Counted from the whole stretch's first letter, positions 24,018 to 36,054 are shown. The stretch is 59,222 nucleotides of DNA, filler included, from Fonticula-like sp. SCN 57-25 (GCA_001724245.1; 10 parts of 10 records of this genome joined end to end with filler, not necessarily neighbours in it), one strand, 5' to 3'. Notes: generated from the letters alone by a model not told the origin. Translations and numbers: made by a program.

Positions 24018-25563
24018 TTACTTGTTCAGGCGCGTAGAAATGTACGAGGCAAACTCGCTCTGGATCTCCTCCTTGGTGATCTGGTACATGTCGAGGTCGT
24101 ACGCATTGCGGCCGTGCTTGCCCTGCGGGTGGTCCGCAATGTACGTCTTCATGCGCTCCTCAAACTGCTCGAGTGTTTAGCCAAAGGAATCATTCGCATA
24201 AAGCACAAATATGCGCACCTCCTGAGTGTACTCAAGGCCGTGGTGCTTGTAGATCTGCTTGACGACCTCGATGGGGCCCTTGATAAGGTCATCGTACTGC
24301 ACATCAAAGAACTGCTCGGGCTTGTCGTGCGTCTACAAGGGAAAACGCGTCAGCACGAACGTCGGCCAACAATAGCCAGTGTACCTTGCGGAAGCTGTCG
24401 AGGCGGTCGACCATGAGCTTGCTGGCGCGCATGGTGAGACGGCCGATCATGCGGCGGTCGACCGAGGCGTCCTCGGCCCAGGCGTAGGTCTGCGCCTCCA
24501 TGAGCTTGGCGAACGACGGGAGGACGTTCTCGAGCTTGCGGTGGGTGATGACGATGCGGGCGTCGGGGAACTGGCCGAGGAGCTCGCCGATCATGATGGC
24601 GTGGAAGGGCGACTTAAGCGTCCAGTGCGACGTCGGCGCCCAGCTCGACGACATCATCTGCAGGAAGCGCTTCAGGTAAATGTACACATAGTCCTTCTTG
24701 CCCTCGTCGAGGACCCAGTCGAGGTACTTTTCGCCGGCGACCACAAAGAACGGCTGCGCGATCAGCTGGTGGAAGAGGATGATGAGCTCCTCATCGGGCG
24801 AGAACGGCTTGGCGGGGTGGCTGCGCGACATCTCGTCAACGACACCGTCGGCGACGCTGTTGAAGAACTCGAGGCGGTCCTCGGTCTGCTTGATGCGGGG
24901 ATCAGTGTCAAAGGTCTCCTTGGTCGTCGGCGGCGTAGGGTCGATGAACTGGAACATTTCAAACATGTACGGGGCGCGCGTGGCCGGATCCTGCGCCAAG
25001 AGGTTGTAGATGAGCGTGCTGCCCGTGCGCGGCAGGCCGAGGATGATGAGCGGCCCCTTGATCGGGATGTCGGCAATGTGCGGGTTCGCGTTGATGTAGT
25101 TGACCACCTGGCGGCGAGCAGTGAGGCACTTGGCGGGGTAGCCGTTCAGCGTGAGCTGGCCGATAAAGTTGAGCGGGAAGCGCGAGGCGCCGTCCATGAA
25201 CGCCTCCAGGCCGCGGTACAGCTGATCCTGCGGGCCAAAGAACTTGTCCGTCTTGGCCTCCTCAATCAGCTTGCGGTGGGGACTGGGGTACAGATCGTAA
25301 GCATGCATGCACGCATAGCAACAGGAAAGCGAAAAAGAAGCGTACGCGGTGCTGAAGCTAAATAGGTTGCGGCCAAAGACGTGGCGCGTAAAGTACGCGA
25401 TCTCGTTCAGGACCGCATAGACAAACTTGAACCGCGGGGCGCGGACGAAGTACTTTGCGTCCTTGCCGGTCACCCGGGCGTTGGGCAGCAGGCGCCAGCC
25501 AATGTACGTCGCGACCGCGGCCGTGAAGGCGTACGCGACAATGTTGGTCGTGCAAAACTCCAT
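24018..25563 (-). CDS. Sulfotransferase A (Sulfotransfer_3-type), N-terminal TM anchor
   Basis: ATG 25563; PAPS loop PLIILGLPRTGSTLIYNLL; WTLKSPFH, FPDARIVITHR; three short introns; TAA 24018. Confidence 0.88.
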
Positions 25564-25671
25564 GATGCGAGACGCCTCTTGGGGAAAAGAAACGCCAGCA
25601 ATCACCACCACTCCCGTCGGCGGAGCAGAATGCAAACTCACTGCCGACGACGAGACCGCGTGACTACCCGA

Positions 25672-25733
25672 GGCCACGTGGTGGACTACAAGGGGTGGCC
25701 ACGTGGATCCAGGCCACGTGAAATGGCCACGTG
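25672..25733. promoter_or_regulatory. Four GGCCACGTG E-box/G-box motifs in a bidirectional promoter
   Basis: GGCCACGTG at 25672, 25697, 25712 and 25725, between divergent ATGs at 25563 and 25838. Confidence 0.7.
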
Positions 25734-25837
25734 AAAATTGCTCATGTGAGCGACGACGCATACACTCGAGACCACCTGCCGCGACCCGCGTGATCGCAGG
25801 GCCCGTCAACGGAGGTCCACATCGCTTTGCGCCGGGA

Positions 25838-27202
25838 ATGGGCAAGGCTGCGAAGAAGGCGGGCGCAAAGTCCGAGGGCGCGGATGCGCCTCTGAAGGTG
25901 ATCCCTAGCCGGAAGGGCCTGCCGTCGTACTGGTATGTCTTCCCGCTGATGGTCGGTTGGATCTCCTTCCTGTACCTTTCGGGGATCTGGCCGTACTTTT
26001 TGGTCTACTTCTTCCTGTACATCGCCGTGTGCCCGTTCGTGTCGTGGCCGCAGGCGACCAAGCTGCTTATCCGCACGCTGCAGCCGTACCCGGGCTTTGA
26101 CTACTATGTCAACCTGAACGGCCTCGCCATGGTCGTCTCGCGTTTCCTGCTGCTCTGGCCCCTCGAGACTTTCCTCTGGTACGTCGACGATCTCATCTTC
26201 CCGGCGTACCGCAAGACCAAGATCGTCAAGCCCCTCTTTGTCATTGGCCAGCCGCGCTCGGGCACCACCAAGCTCGAAAACATCCTCTCCAAGGACGACC
26301 GCCTCGTGTCGCTCACGCTCTTTGAGATGCGCTTCCCGTACCTCACCATCTTTTACCTCAAGAACTACATTGACAAGATCGACAAGAAGTACCTGAACGG
26401 CGGCATCCGCGCGTTTGTCTACCGTCACAACCTGCACTACTTTATGAGCGCGACGAGCGAGCGCTGCAAGATGCGCCCGCTTCGCTTTGACCGCCCCGAC
26501 GAGGACGACACCATGTTCCTGTTCCACCAGAGCATGCACTTTACGCTCATCGCGCCGTTCCCGGCCGTCGAGAACGTCCGCCGCTACTACCACTTTGACG
26601 AGCTGCCCGAGGCCGAGCAGATGCGCATGATGAACTTCCACTACGCTGCCGTGCAAAAGGTCATGTACTACCGCGGCGAGGGCAAGGTCTACTTTTCCAA
26701 GTGGGTCGGCGGCTGGAACGGCCAGCTCCAGATCTCGGACAAGAAGTTTTACAAGGACGCCCAGTACCTCTGCATCGTGCGCGAGCCCGTCGACTCGCTG
26801 CCGTCGTGGATGCGCCTGCAGGCCCTCCTCGCGTACGACTTTGTCGGCGTCGAGGTGCTCGACCACCCCGGCATCCTGCGCGAGATCAAGAAGGAGAACA
26901 TTGCCTGGTTCAAGAACCAGGTCGACTTTTGCCAGTCGCTCGGCAAGGACCGCCTGCTCACCTTCTCCTCGGAGGAGTACTACAAGGCCATCCGCAAGAA
27001 CACGACGCAGCTCTACGGGCACCTCGGCCTCGAGGTCACCAGCGAGTACGACAAGGTGCTCCAGCAGGAGGACAAGGCTCAGGTGACCCACGTGCCCACC
27101 AAGACCGACTCGCGCCACATCACGCGCGAGGAGATCATCAACGACTTCCCCGACCTCCCCCGCATCCTCCTCGGCAAGGACGCGCCGGCGAGGCCGTGGT
27201 AG
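25838..27202 (+). CDS. Sulfotransferase B, intronless, N-terminal TM helices
   Basis: PLFVIGQPRSGTTKLENIL PAPS loop; DAQYLCIVREP; strong C/G third-position bias. Confidence 0.88.
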   Translation: MGKAAKKAGAKSEGADAPLKVIPSRKGLPSYWYVFPLMVGWISFLYLSGIWPYFLVYFFLYIAVCPFVSWPQATKLLIRTLQPYPGFDYYVNLNGLAMVVSRFLLLWPLETFLWYVDDLIFPAYRKTKIVKPLFVIGQPRSGTTKLENILSKDDRLVSLTLFEMRFPYLTIFYLKNYIDKIDKKYLNGGIRAFVYRHNLHYFMSATSERCKMRPLRFDRPDEDDTMFLFHQSMHFTLIAPFPAVENVRRYYHFDELPEAEQMRMMNFHYAAVQKVMYYRGEGKVYFSKWVGGWNGQLQISDKKFYKDAQYLCIVREPVDSLPSWMRLQALLAYDFVGVEVLDHPGILREIKKENIAWFKNQVDFCQSLGKDRLLTFSSEEYYKAIRKNTTQLYGHLGLEVTSEYDKVLQQEDKAQVTHVPTKTDSRHITREEIINDFPDLPRILLGKDAPARPW

Positions 27203-27443
27203 GCGAGTATATATCTGCAAGTGAATGTTTCTAGACGGCCCCAGGCCGATGATTGTTGTTTTGCTTTTTTCTCTATCGCATCTCGTTGCATGCTCGCGCG
27301 CACAGACCGAACGTCGTTGTGTTCAATTATATTATAATAAACAATAAAATGAACAATAAAATGAACAATGCAATAATGATCATCAATTGAACCGAATCCA
27401 CAAATAAAAGTGCAGCTATGTGAACATAAAAGTACAAGCGCGG

Positions 27444-27727
27444 CTAATCAGACCCGATGCTCCAGGCAAAGGACTCGCTCGCGTCGTGGAACTGGTCGCT
27501 CGCGCCATCGTCCACGTCGTCGTCAAAAGACGCCCCTTCCTCCTCGGGCACCGACGTGGCCTGGCTCGGCTGCTGCTGCGCGCCGCTCATCTTGACCCAG
27601 CCGTGGCTCCCCTTGGCGCGCTTGGGCAGCGGCGGCCGCTCCTGCAGCGCCGCGCGCCGCTTGGACCGCTCCTCGCGCTCGAGCGCGGACGCCGCGCTGG
27701 CGCTGCCGGACGACGGCGGCGGCGCGG
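27444..27727 (-). CDS. 3' fragment of an unidentified gene
   Basis: Open frame ...EREERSKRRAALQERPPLPKR...FDDDVDDGASDQFHDASESFAWSIGSD-TAG followed by AT-rich convergent intergenic DNA. Confidence 0.45.
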
Positions 27728-27827
27728 NNNNNNNNNNNNNNNNNNNNNNNNNNNNNNNNNNNNNNNNNNNNTTAATTAATTAANNNNNNNNNNNNNNNNN
27801 NNNNNNNNNNNNNNNNNNNNNNNNNNN

Positions 27828-28302
27828 CGCATCAGGTTGATGTCGTCGCGCTCCGGCTCCTGGCCGCAGCACATGGGGCCCGCGTAGAACGTGCGGTTCA
27901 GGCCGCGGGGGTACGCCACGACATACCCAAAGCGATCAGCGGTCGACGCCATGCGAGCAAACAGCTCCGCCATGAGCGGGCTTCCCACTTTAAAAAATGC
28001 AAAGTTAGGCGAAATAGAGCGCGGCAGAGGCAAGGTAAATGCGTACTGGCAAAGTGCGGAAGAAGAACGAGAGATGCATTGGACGGGACGTCTGCGGGCG
28101 TGTACAGGACATACAGGCGATCGTAGCCTGCGTGCTCGATTTCGATGCGCTCAAAGTGACCAGTGGGCTCCTCCCAATCCTCAAGGTACACGTCGGAAAG
28201 ATCGTCCCCGCCTTCAAGGAATGCGTCGGGCAATTTAGCCGCAATTGCCGAAGCGGCAAGCGCTGCAACAAGCAGAGACGCCAGCACAACACCCCGCGTC
28301 AT
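27828..28302 (-). CDS. Secreted LpqC/PHB-depolymerase-like esterase (3' truncated)
   Basis: Signal peptide; DRLYVLYTP, ADRFGYVVAYPRG, YAGPMCCG, DDINL; intron about 27989-28045. Confidence 0.72.
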
Positions 28303-28474
28303 CGTCGCCGCGCCCTGACACTTTGTTGATTGGCTTCTAGATATCTCCCGATATCACCCCACAGTCCACGTGGATGAATTGATATTTCACTCCATACGGA
28401 AGCGACGATGCTCGGCACTGATTTTGTCTGATTGTCGTATCTGATTCTTCTGATCCGTCACAACCTTGCTCAAG

Positions 28475-29255
28475 ATGCTTGGAGCGATCGTGCGTCGAGG
28501 CATGTCGGCATCGGCTGCGCCCGCTGTGCGTGCGATATGAAGTGCAAAACGGCTTGCTTACGTTTGTTTTATTGTGAATGTGAATAGGGCCTTCTCAAGC
28601 TGGGTCAGCTGAACCATGTTGCCATCGCGGTGCCGAACCTCGAGTCCGCTGCCGCCCTCTACCGCGACGTGTTCAAGGCGGACGTGAGCGCCCCACAGGT
28701 GCGTACTTTTGGCTCATGTTTGTTTCTTGCTTTGTTGTTGTTTACTTTGTCTGGGCGATGTGTGAAATGTTGTAATGCCTGTGCTGGTACGACTTGTCGC
28801 GTGTTCCAGTACGTGCAAAGTTATCGATGGTATTGCCGTTTGCCGCCGTTGCCGCTTCTGTTTTAATTTGTGCCATGTTCGTGGTATGTGGACTGTTTTC
28901 TTATTATTGTCCATGCTGCCTGCTCGTTCTTGTAACTCACTGCTGTCGCGATTAGGCCCTCCCCGAGCACGGCGTGACGACCGTCTTTGTTAACCTCGGC
29001 AACACCAAGCTGGAGCTCCTGCACCCACTCGGCGAGAAGAGCCCGATCAGCCCCTTCCTTGAGCGCAACAAGGACGGCGGCCTCCACCACATCTGCATCG
29101 AGGTGGACAACATCTACGATGCCGTCAAGTCTGTCAAGGCCGACAAGATCCGGTGCCTCGGAGCGGAGCCCAAGATCGGCGCGCACGGCAAGCCGGTCAT
29201 GTTCTTGCACCCCAAGGATTGCAACGGAGTCCTTGTTGAGCTCGAGCAAAAGTAA
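28475..29255 (+). CDS. MCEE: Methylmalonyl-CoA epimerase
   Basis: LGQLNHVAIAVP, LPEHGVTTVFVNLGNTKLELLHPLG, GGLHHICIEV, IGAHGKPVMFLHPKDCNGVLVELEQ; two introns (second 28699-28955). Confidence 0.95.
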
Positions 29256-29585
29256 AGCATTTTTTACAATAAATAGATGGCACTACGCTGTGATGACCAA
29301 CTTTTAAAGCCTGTTCAAAGCACGTGATTGGTGCATCGATCAATCGTTTCCCGCGCTTTTTCGAGCTGCGGGCATCGGCGACAGCACCATGGCGAAAATC
29401 CCTGCCTCAATGGCTTAAAGTAAATTGAGCTATGGAGCGCAAGCGGGGTGTTCTTTCTTTATTCGTTTCCTTTTTCCGTATTCGACACTTTTGCGCTCTT
29501 GAGCAATCGCCTTTCCATCTCATGCCCAAATTGAATTTGCGCGAATTCAAATTGGGCAGTCCATCCCGTGCCTCCTGGGCGCAAG

Positions 29586-32500
29586 ATGGACCGCGATGTC
29601 CTCAACGAAATGGACGATATGCTGCGGGAGGTGTTGGAAGAGGAGGAGGTGGAGCGGCAGCAGCGCAAGCAGCGGTGCGGACGAGTGAGGTAGCTATTTA
29701 TTCGCTCACTGTTTCAATAGCGAATCGTTCGAGACGGCTGCAAGCGCCCTCGAGCGTATGCTGCATCGCGGGCAGGCGACTGTCCCGCCAGCATTGAAGC
29801 GAGCTGTAGGGCTACCACCGTCAAGCTCCCGTGTGTCGCACGAGGAGCAGCGTGGCAGCGGCACGCGCGCGCCCGTGCCTAGCCGACGCCCATCTCCGCC
29901 GCCGCCCATGCCAAGCAGACGTCCTGAGCCCCCGCCGCCCATGCCAAGCAGACGTCCTGAGCCCCCACCGCCCATGCCGAGCCGTCGAGCAGATCCACCC
30001 ATAGCGAGCCTACGTTTTGATCCTCCGCCGCCGCCCATGGTCGCACCAAGCCCGCCCAAGGCGAGGTCGTTTGGCAAGCAGAACCTTCGCCCCACGTCAG
30101 AAATTGGTGCGCTGAATTTTTTTGTTTTCTGCGTCCATTCCAGTAATTAAATTTTGATTAGCCACCGCGTTTCGACCTCTCTTTGACTCTTTCCCGTACT
30201 TTAACCCGGTGCAATCCGCGTGCGTCGACACGCTGTTGCACTCTGACGAGAATGTCGTTGTCGCTGCGCCCACCGGCAGCGGCAAGACAGTCCTCATCGA
30301 GCTTGCCATCGTGCGCGTTCTGAGCCGCAGCCCAGCCGACGCGCGCGGCCACCGCACCGCGCAGGTCGTCTACGTGGCGCCGACGCGCGCCCTGTGCAGC
30401 GAGCGCGCAGAGGACTGGCGTAACCGCTTTTCAAAGGTCGGCGTGTCGTGCGTCGAGCTGACCGGCGACAGTGACATCAGAGACGCATCAACGCTGCGCG
30501 CCGCCAACATCATGTACGAATAATGATTTTTTGTTTGTTGCTGACGCGCGCTGGCAGAGTGACGACACCTGAAAAGTGGGACAGCGTCACGCGCAGATGG
30601 TGCGTCTCTTTTTTTGTGTTTGTCTGCTAAATATGCTTTTGTAGGAGAGATCTGAATCTTGAGCAGGTTGGCCTGCTCGCCATTGATGAGGTCCACATGC
30701 TGAGCGAAGACCGCGGCCCCGTTCTTGAAGCCATCATAAGCCGGTTCGTACTGTATATTGTGATTTGCTTGTTCATGCTGATTATGTATTGCAGAATGCG
30801 TACGATGCGCCAGTCGGTGCCGTCGCGGTTTGTAGCAGTGTCGGCCACAATCCCCAACACTGCCGACATTGCACAATGGCTGTCTCACCGCGAGGGCGGC
30901 GCGCCTGCCACCGTGTGCAGGTTCGGGCCAGAGTACCGCCCGGTGCCGCTCGAGCTCCACGTGGTTGGCGTCCCCTGGACGGGCAACTCTAGCAACCCAT
31001 TCATGTTTGACCACGCGCTCAACTATCGGTGCGCTTGTAATTATGTTATGTTGTTGCTAATGGGTCGTATAGGTTGATGCGGTATATTCAGCAATATTCG
31101 GACGGGCGGGCGACGATGGTTTTTTGCAACACGAGAAAGGCGGCGCAGCAGGCAGCAAAGCACGTGGCCGAGGAGGTGAGGCGGCTTCACGCCAACCCAT
31201 TCATCCAGGACGGCGCCCACGCCGCGCGGTACGCCTGTGCAAAGAGTATGTGTGTTTGCTGACTGTGCGTAGGCTGCGTCAATTGGCCAACTCGGCTCAG
31301 GACAAGTCGCTCGCTGGTAAGCTTCTGTTCTTATGATATAAATGTGCTAATATTTGTTGTAGAGTTGATGGCCGGCGGGATCGCCTTTCACCATGCGTAC
31401 GACTATTGCTAGTCTTATATGATGCTAAATATCTGCCTTTTAGCGGGTTGGATAAATCCGATCGCACTCTGGTAGAGTCGTCGTTTGCGTCTGGCATGTT
31501 ATCGTTGTTGTGCGCAACATCGACGCTCGCCGTCGGCATCAATCTTCCAGCTCACCTCGTCATCATCAAGAGCACCATGCAGTACAGCACTGGCGGTGTG
31601 CACGCTACCAACGCGAGCGGCTATGTAGAGTACAGCGAGTTTGACGTGCTTCAGATGGTCGGCCGCGCAGGTCGGCCCCAGTTTGACTCTGTTGGCATCG
31701 CGGTCATTCTTACGCAGCAGGCCACAGTGCAGCGGTATGAAAACCTGCTTCAGGGCCAAACTGCCGTCGAGAGCGCGTACGATATATTTTTTATCTTTGC
31801 TTTGGACTGATGAATGTTTTATGGTAGGCTGCACAAGAGGCTTATTGAGCATTTGAATGCCGAGATTGTGCTTGGCACAGTAAACTCGATCGATAGCGCC
31901 ATCACTTGGCTCAAGGTGTGTTTTTTTTCCTAGTTTTTTCCTGACTGACAAATATGTATCTAGAGCACTTTTCTGTATGTGCGAATTCTGGCAAACCCAG
32001 CATACTATGGCCTTCCCAACGCGAGTGCGCTTTTGGTCAGGGACAAGCTCGAAGGTACGTGATAATGGCGGCCACGTGTATCTAATATTTGATAGACATT
32101 CTGCGCCAGTCATTGGACAAGCTGATTGACCACAAGCTATGCGTGGCGGACGGCACCAAGCGAGCGATATCATCGACAGGTGCGCTTGTGGGTACAATTG
32201 ACCATATTAATGTCATTTTAGATAGGGGACGCGCGATGGCGAGATATTATATAAAGTTTGAGACGATGGTGAGACTGGAGGCGGTCAAGGCGGACACGAC
32301 AATGCCTCAACTGGTACGATATAAAATGTCTGTACATCTGCTGACACACTTTTTTCACTCGCGATAGTTTTCCATTCTCATGACGGCCGTCGAATTTGAA
32401 GATTTTCGCTTCCAAGTGGGTCAAAAAACAGCGCTGAATGTTTTGAACCGCCCTCGCGAGCCGCTCATTCGCTTCCCCGTGCGCGGCAAAGTGCGCACAT

Positions 32501-34353
32501 TGGCAGACAAGGCCTCTGTGCTTGTTCAGGCTGCACTTGGTGGCGTCAAGCCGGAAGGCGGCGGGTTTGTCCTTTCTCAGGAAGGCGACAAGATGTGTGC
32601 AATTGCAAACCGAGTTGCAAAGTGTCTCTTTGACTGCGGTCTAGAAACCGTTTCGCTCGCAAAGGACGTTCTTATGCTGTGCGCTCGTATGTTTTATTAA
32701 GGTTTTTTTGCTAATGCGTGTGCAGAGCCACGTGCTTCAAGTGCCGCGTGTGGGAAGTGGGCGGCGCGCTGCTCCTTTCCCAGCTTGACAATATTGGCCC
32801 GTCACGTGTCAAGAATCTGCTGGCTGCCGGCATTTCCAGCTTTGCTCAGCTCGCGACGGCGGACGCGAAGCGCATTGAGGCCGCGTGTCACCGCAATGCG
32901 CCATATGGCAGCATCTTAAAGTCAAAGGCCGCTGCAATTCCGCAGTTTCATATTGGCATATCAAAGGTGCGACATACTTTTTAGGACATATTTTTTATTG
33001 GAATTGTCGCTGAGAGACAATTAGGAAGCGGGTAATGTGAACGTGAGTGTTTCGCTTGTGAATGCTGCCAATGCAAAGACAGAAGACGCGGACGGGTTTC
33101 CTTGTCAAGCAACAATGCTCGTTGGTGTGGAAGGCGGCGCTGTTATTCTCGCACGCACCATAAAGTACGACCTTTACTTTGGGAGTTTGTGCTGATAGAA
33201 TGTGTAGCGTGACGGCACTGAAGCGGGCGCCGTCAATTCACCACGTGGATGCGTACTGATTTTCCTAGTTGGCATTGACCGCCATGCGACACTCGACTGT
33301 AATGACCCTTCAAGTGCTGCGTCATCATCAGCGCAAGATGGTCAGCCAGCATTACAGCAAACTGATCCATTTTGCACTTCTTTACCAACATCACAGACTG
33401 CCGATCCAGTACCTTTGCCAACATCACAAGCTCCTGTTTCTCGCCAGCGCAAATCACCTGCATCAAAGAAATCTGCTGTTTCCCGCGCTTCTCCTGCTTT
33501 AAATCGTGCTATTGCTTCTGATTCCCGCGCTTCTCCTGCATCACAAGCTGCTTCTGATTCCCGCGCTTCTCCAGTATCAAATCGTGCTGCTATTTCCAGT
33601 ACATCGCCAGTATCACAGCGCACATCTTCTACTTCACAATCTTCACCAACGTCTGCTGTTGTGCCCACGACGCCGCCGCCACCTGACCTGTCAGCGTCGC
33701 CATTGGGTCGTTTCCTGTACAACGGCCACGTGGCTGTGCCCGGCAAGGCGAGCCCCGTGCCGCAAGCGCCGACATTCGATCTCTTTGGGAGCGACGACGA
33801 CGATGACGTCATTGCCATTGAAGACGGTCCCGAAATGGCGGCACTGGAAAAGGAACTGCGCCACCTGGACGATCAAATCGCCGCCTTTGATAACGAAATA
33901 CGCCTGGACCACGTGGACGCTGTCGATGCACTGCCGCCGATGACAAAGAAGGGTCCTCTTATTGCTCATGTGACGCCTGCTGCTCCGCCTACTATTGCTC
34001 ACGTGACGCCAGCTGCTCTGCCTTATATTCCTCACGTGACGCCTGCTGCGCCGCCTACTATTCCTCACGTGACGCCTGCTGCTGCATCGCGCCCGGCTGT
34101 CGTTCAAGCAGCAGTGCGTGCCGATCATTCCGAGCGACAAGTCAGGCCACGTGGTGCATTGGACGATTCTGATGGCCGTTTTTCGTCCGAGGCCGTGCTG
34201 CCTTCCCGCATGGGCGCCGCGGCCGCCAATAGAAAACGCCCCTCGCCGCACAACACTGGCCCGTCGCCCAAAAAGGCCAAAGTGGCCGACGCGCCCATTG
34301 GCCAAACCGGCACTTCTTCTCTCTTTTCACGTCTCTTTGGCGGCATTCTGTAA
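29586..34353 (+). CDS. HFM1: HFM1/Mer3 meiotic DExH helicase with Sec63 domain (intron-rich; frame break near 33245)
   Basis: FPYFNPVQS, APTGSGKT, TTPEKWDSVTR, IDEVHMLSEDRGPVLEAIISR, VSATIPN, TSTLAVGINLPAHLVIIK, QMVGRAGRPQFD, LIEHLNAEIVL, MARYYIKFETM. Confidence 0.9.
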
Positions 34354-34399
34354 GACCAAAATTAATTGCGACTGTGTACATTTATACATTGGATTGCTA

Positions 34400-36054
34400 C
34401 TAGTTTTCTGAAATGGAAGAAACAGGCGGCGAGACGACGTCATACCGCCACACTGACCCGTCGTCGCAAATACAGACCACGTGGGTGCCCGTCGCGTCCG
34501 TCGCGACCTGCCGCACAGTAGACTTGCACCGCGGGTGCGTGAGCCGCGTGACCGTGCGCGCCACGAGGTGCAGCGAGTCTGCGCGCGAGTTAGTGTCGCG
34601 GCGGCGCAGAGAGAAAAAGGGGCGCACGTGGGTCGCTGTGGATGACGTCAATGTCCCACACGAACACGCGGCCTTCCATGTTGCCGCAGTACAGCAGCCG
34701 GTGGTGCGGGTCGACGCAGAAGCGAATGTACCAAATGTTGCACTCTTGAAGGCGGTACTCGATCAGCTCCTGCGCTGTATTGTCCTATCATGGCCACGTG
34801 TCAGACATAGTACAAGAGCATAGTATAAAAGATGCAGGGCGTACATCGTTCCGATGATTCTTTTTTTTCTCCGCCGACCAAAGCACAATTCGGTTCTCGG
34901 TCGACTTTGTGAATATCAAGTCGCCGAGGAAGCGGATGCAGTCAACATAGTTGCGGTGGATGTCATTGGACGAAAAGGAGGTAAAGTGGACAGTGATTGG
35001 TTCAAAGGTCTTGTCCATGCCGCCTTCGTGCGCGAACGAGCCTATCAGCGCGCAGTGTCAGCGGCACTGACCAATGAGAAATGGGACGCACGCTCAATGA
35101 ACGCCGCCAGCTTGTCGGTCGTGAGCGGCCACAGCTTGACGACGTTGTCCATGCCGCACGAGGCCAGCTTGTCGCCCGCCAGCGTCACATCCTAAGCTGA
35201 ATCAGTACAATAAAAGGGTTAATGGGCGCTCGTACAATGCTCAGAATTTCGTCGAGGTGCGCGTCGTGGCCGCCGAAAATGGCGACGACCGTGTCGGTGG
35301 CAATGTTCCAAAGCCGTATGCTGTGGTCCTTGCTGCACGAAAAGAGAAGGTGCGGGTCGGTGGGGTGGAATTTTACCTCATTCACGGCGCCGCCGTGGCC
35401 AATAAGCGTCTGCAGCCAGGGCTGTTTAAAACACTGAAAAAATGACGAAAGAGGCGGGCGTACTGTGGCCAGCGTGGCAGTGTCGGCCTGGATGACCTTG
35501 ATGGCGCCAGCGAGGCCGGCGACAGCGAGCAAGAGGTGGCCGGCGAGGGCGCCGCGCGAGGGAAGTGTCCACGCGCACGTGTACAGATCCTCCTCCTGGG
35601 TGTGTGTGTCAGCGCGCCAATAAAAGAGGGGAAAGACGACGTACGCGATCCTGCTCCATGAACGCGTTCACCGCGACCATCCCCGTCGGCGTGCAGTTGT
35701 ATATTACAGCGCGAAGCCCGCCGACGACTGCAAACATGTTGCCCGACGGGTCATGCGGATTGAACGCAACGCCAAAGAGCGCCTTGTTCGTATTGTCCTA
35801 TTGAATGTGCGTAAGTGCGCCGTGCGACATAACCATCTGCGTGCCTTTATGCTCGAGATAAATTCAAAGCGTGTGGTCGGCTTCCGGTACGCCAGCGATC
35901 CCGCGCGCGGATCCGCCGCATCGTCATTGTCATCATCGTCATCGTTGCCGGGCGGAGGCGACGCAGCGGCGCCTCTCGACAATGGCCGCCGCGTCTCCTC
36001 CTCCTCTTCTTCTTCCTCCTCCTCAACCACGGCCGCCATTTTCCGCTTTGCCAT
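34400..36054 (-). CDS. EED: EED/ESC/FIE, WD40 subunit of Polycomb PRC2
   Basis: [26 protein letters not shown]...[10 protein letters not shown]...[27 protein letters not shown]; multiple introns including a GC-AG intron 35798-35844. Confidence 0.92.

Noticed and set aside
25564..25845. Apparent overlap of the two sulfotransferase ORFs in the ORF track
   Set aside because: The extensions run through the promoter; the likely starts at 25563 and 25838 do not overlap.
25742..27220. Long antisense ORFs (also 24379-25365, 50600-52108, 9743-10357, 56558-57220)
   Set aside because: Shadow frames of GC3-rich genes; no motifs of their own.
27339..27372. AACAATAAAATG short duplication
   Set aside because: Ordinary AT-rich 3' region with polyadenylation-like signals between convergent genes.
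28699..28955. snoRNA in the unusually long MCEE intron
   Set aside because: No clear C/D or H/ACA boxes by eye; the sequence is simply T/G-rich.
29880..30000. PSRRPEPPPPM repeats, and HVTPAAPP repeats at 33960-34085, in HFM1
   Set aside because: Typical low-complexity expansions in disordered termini.
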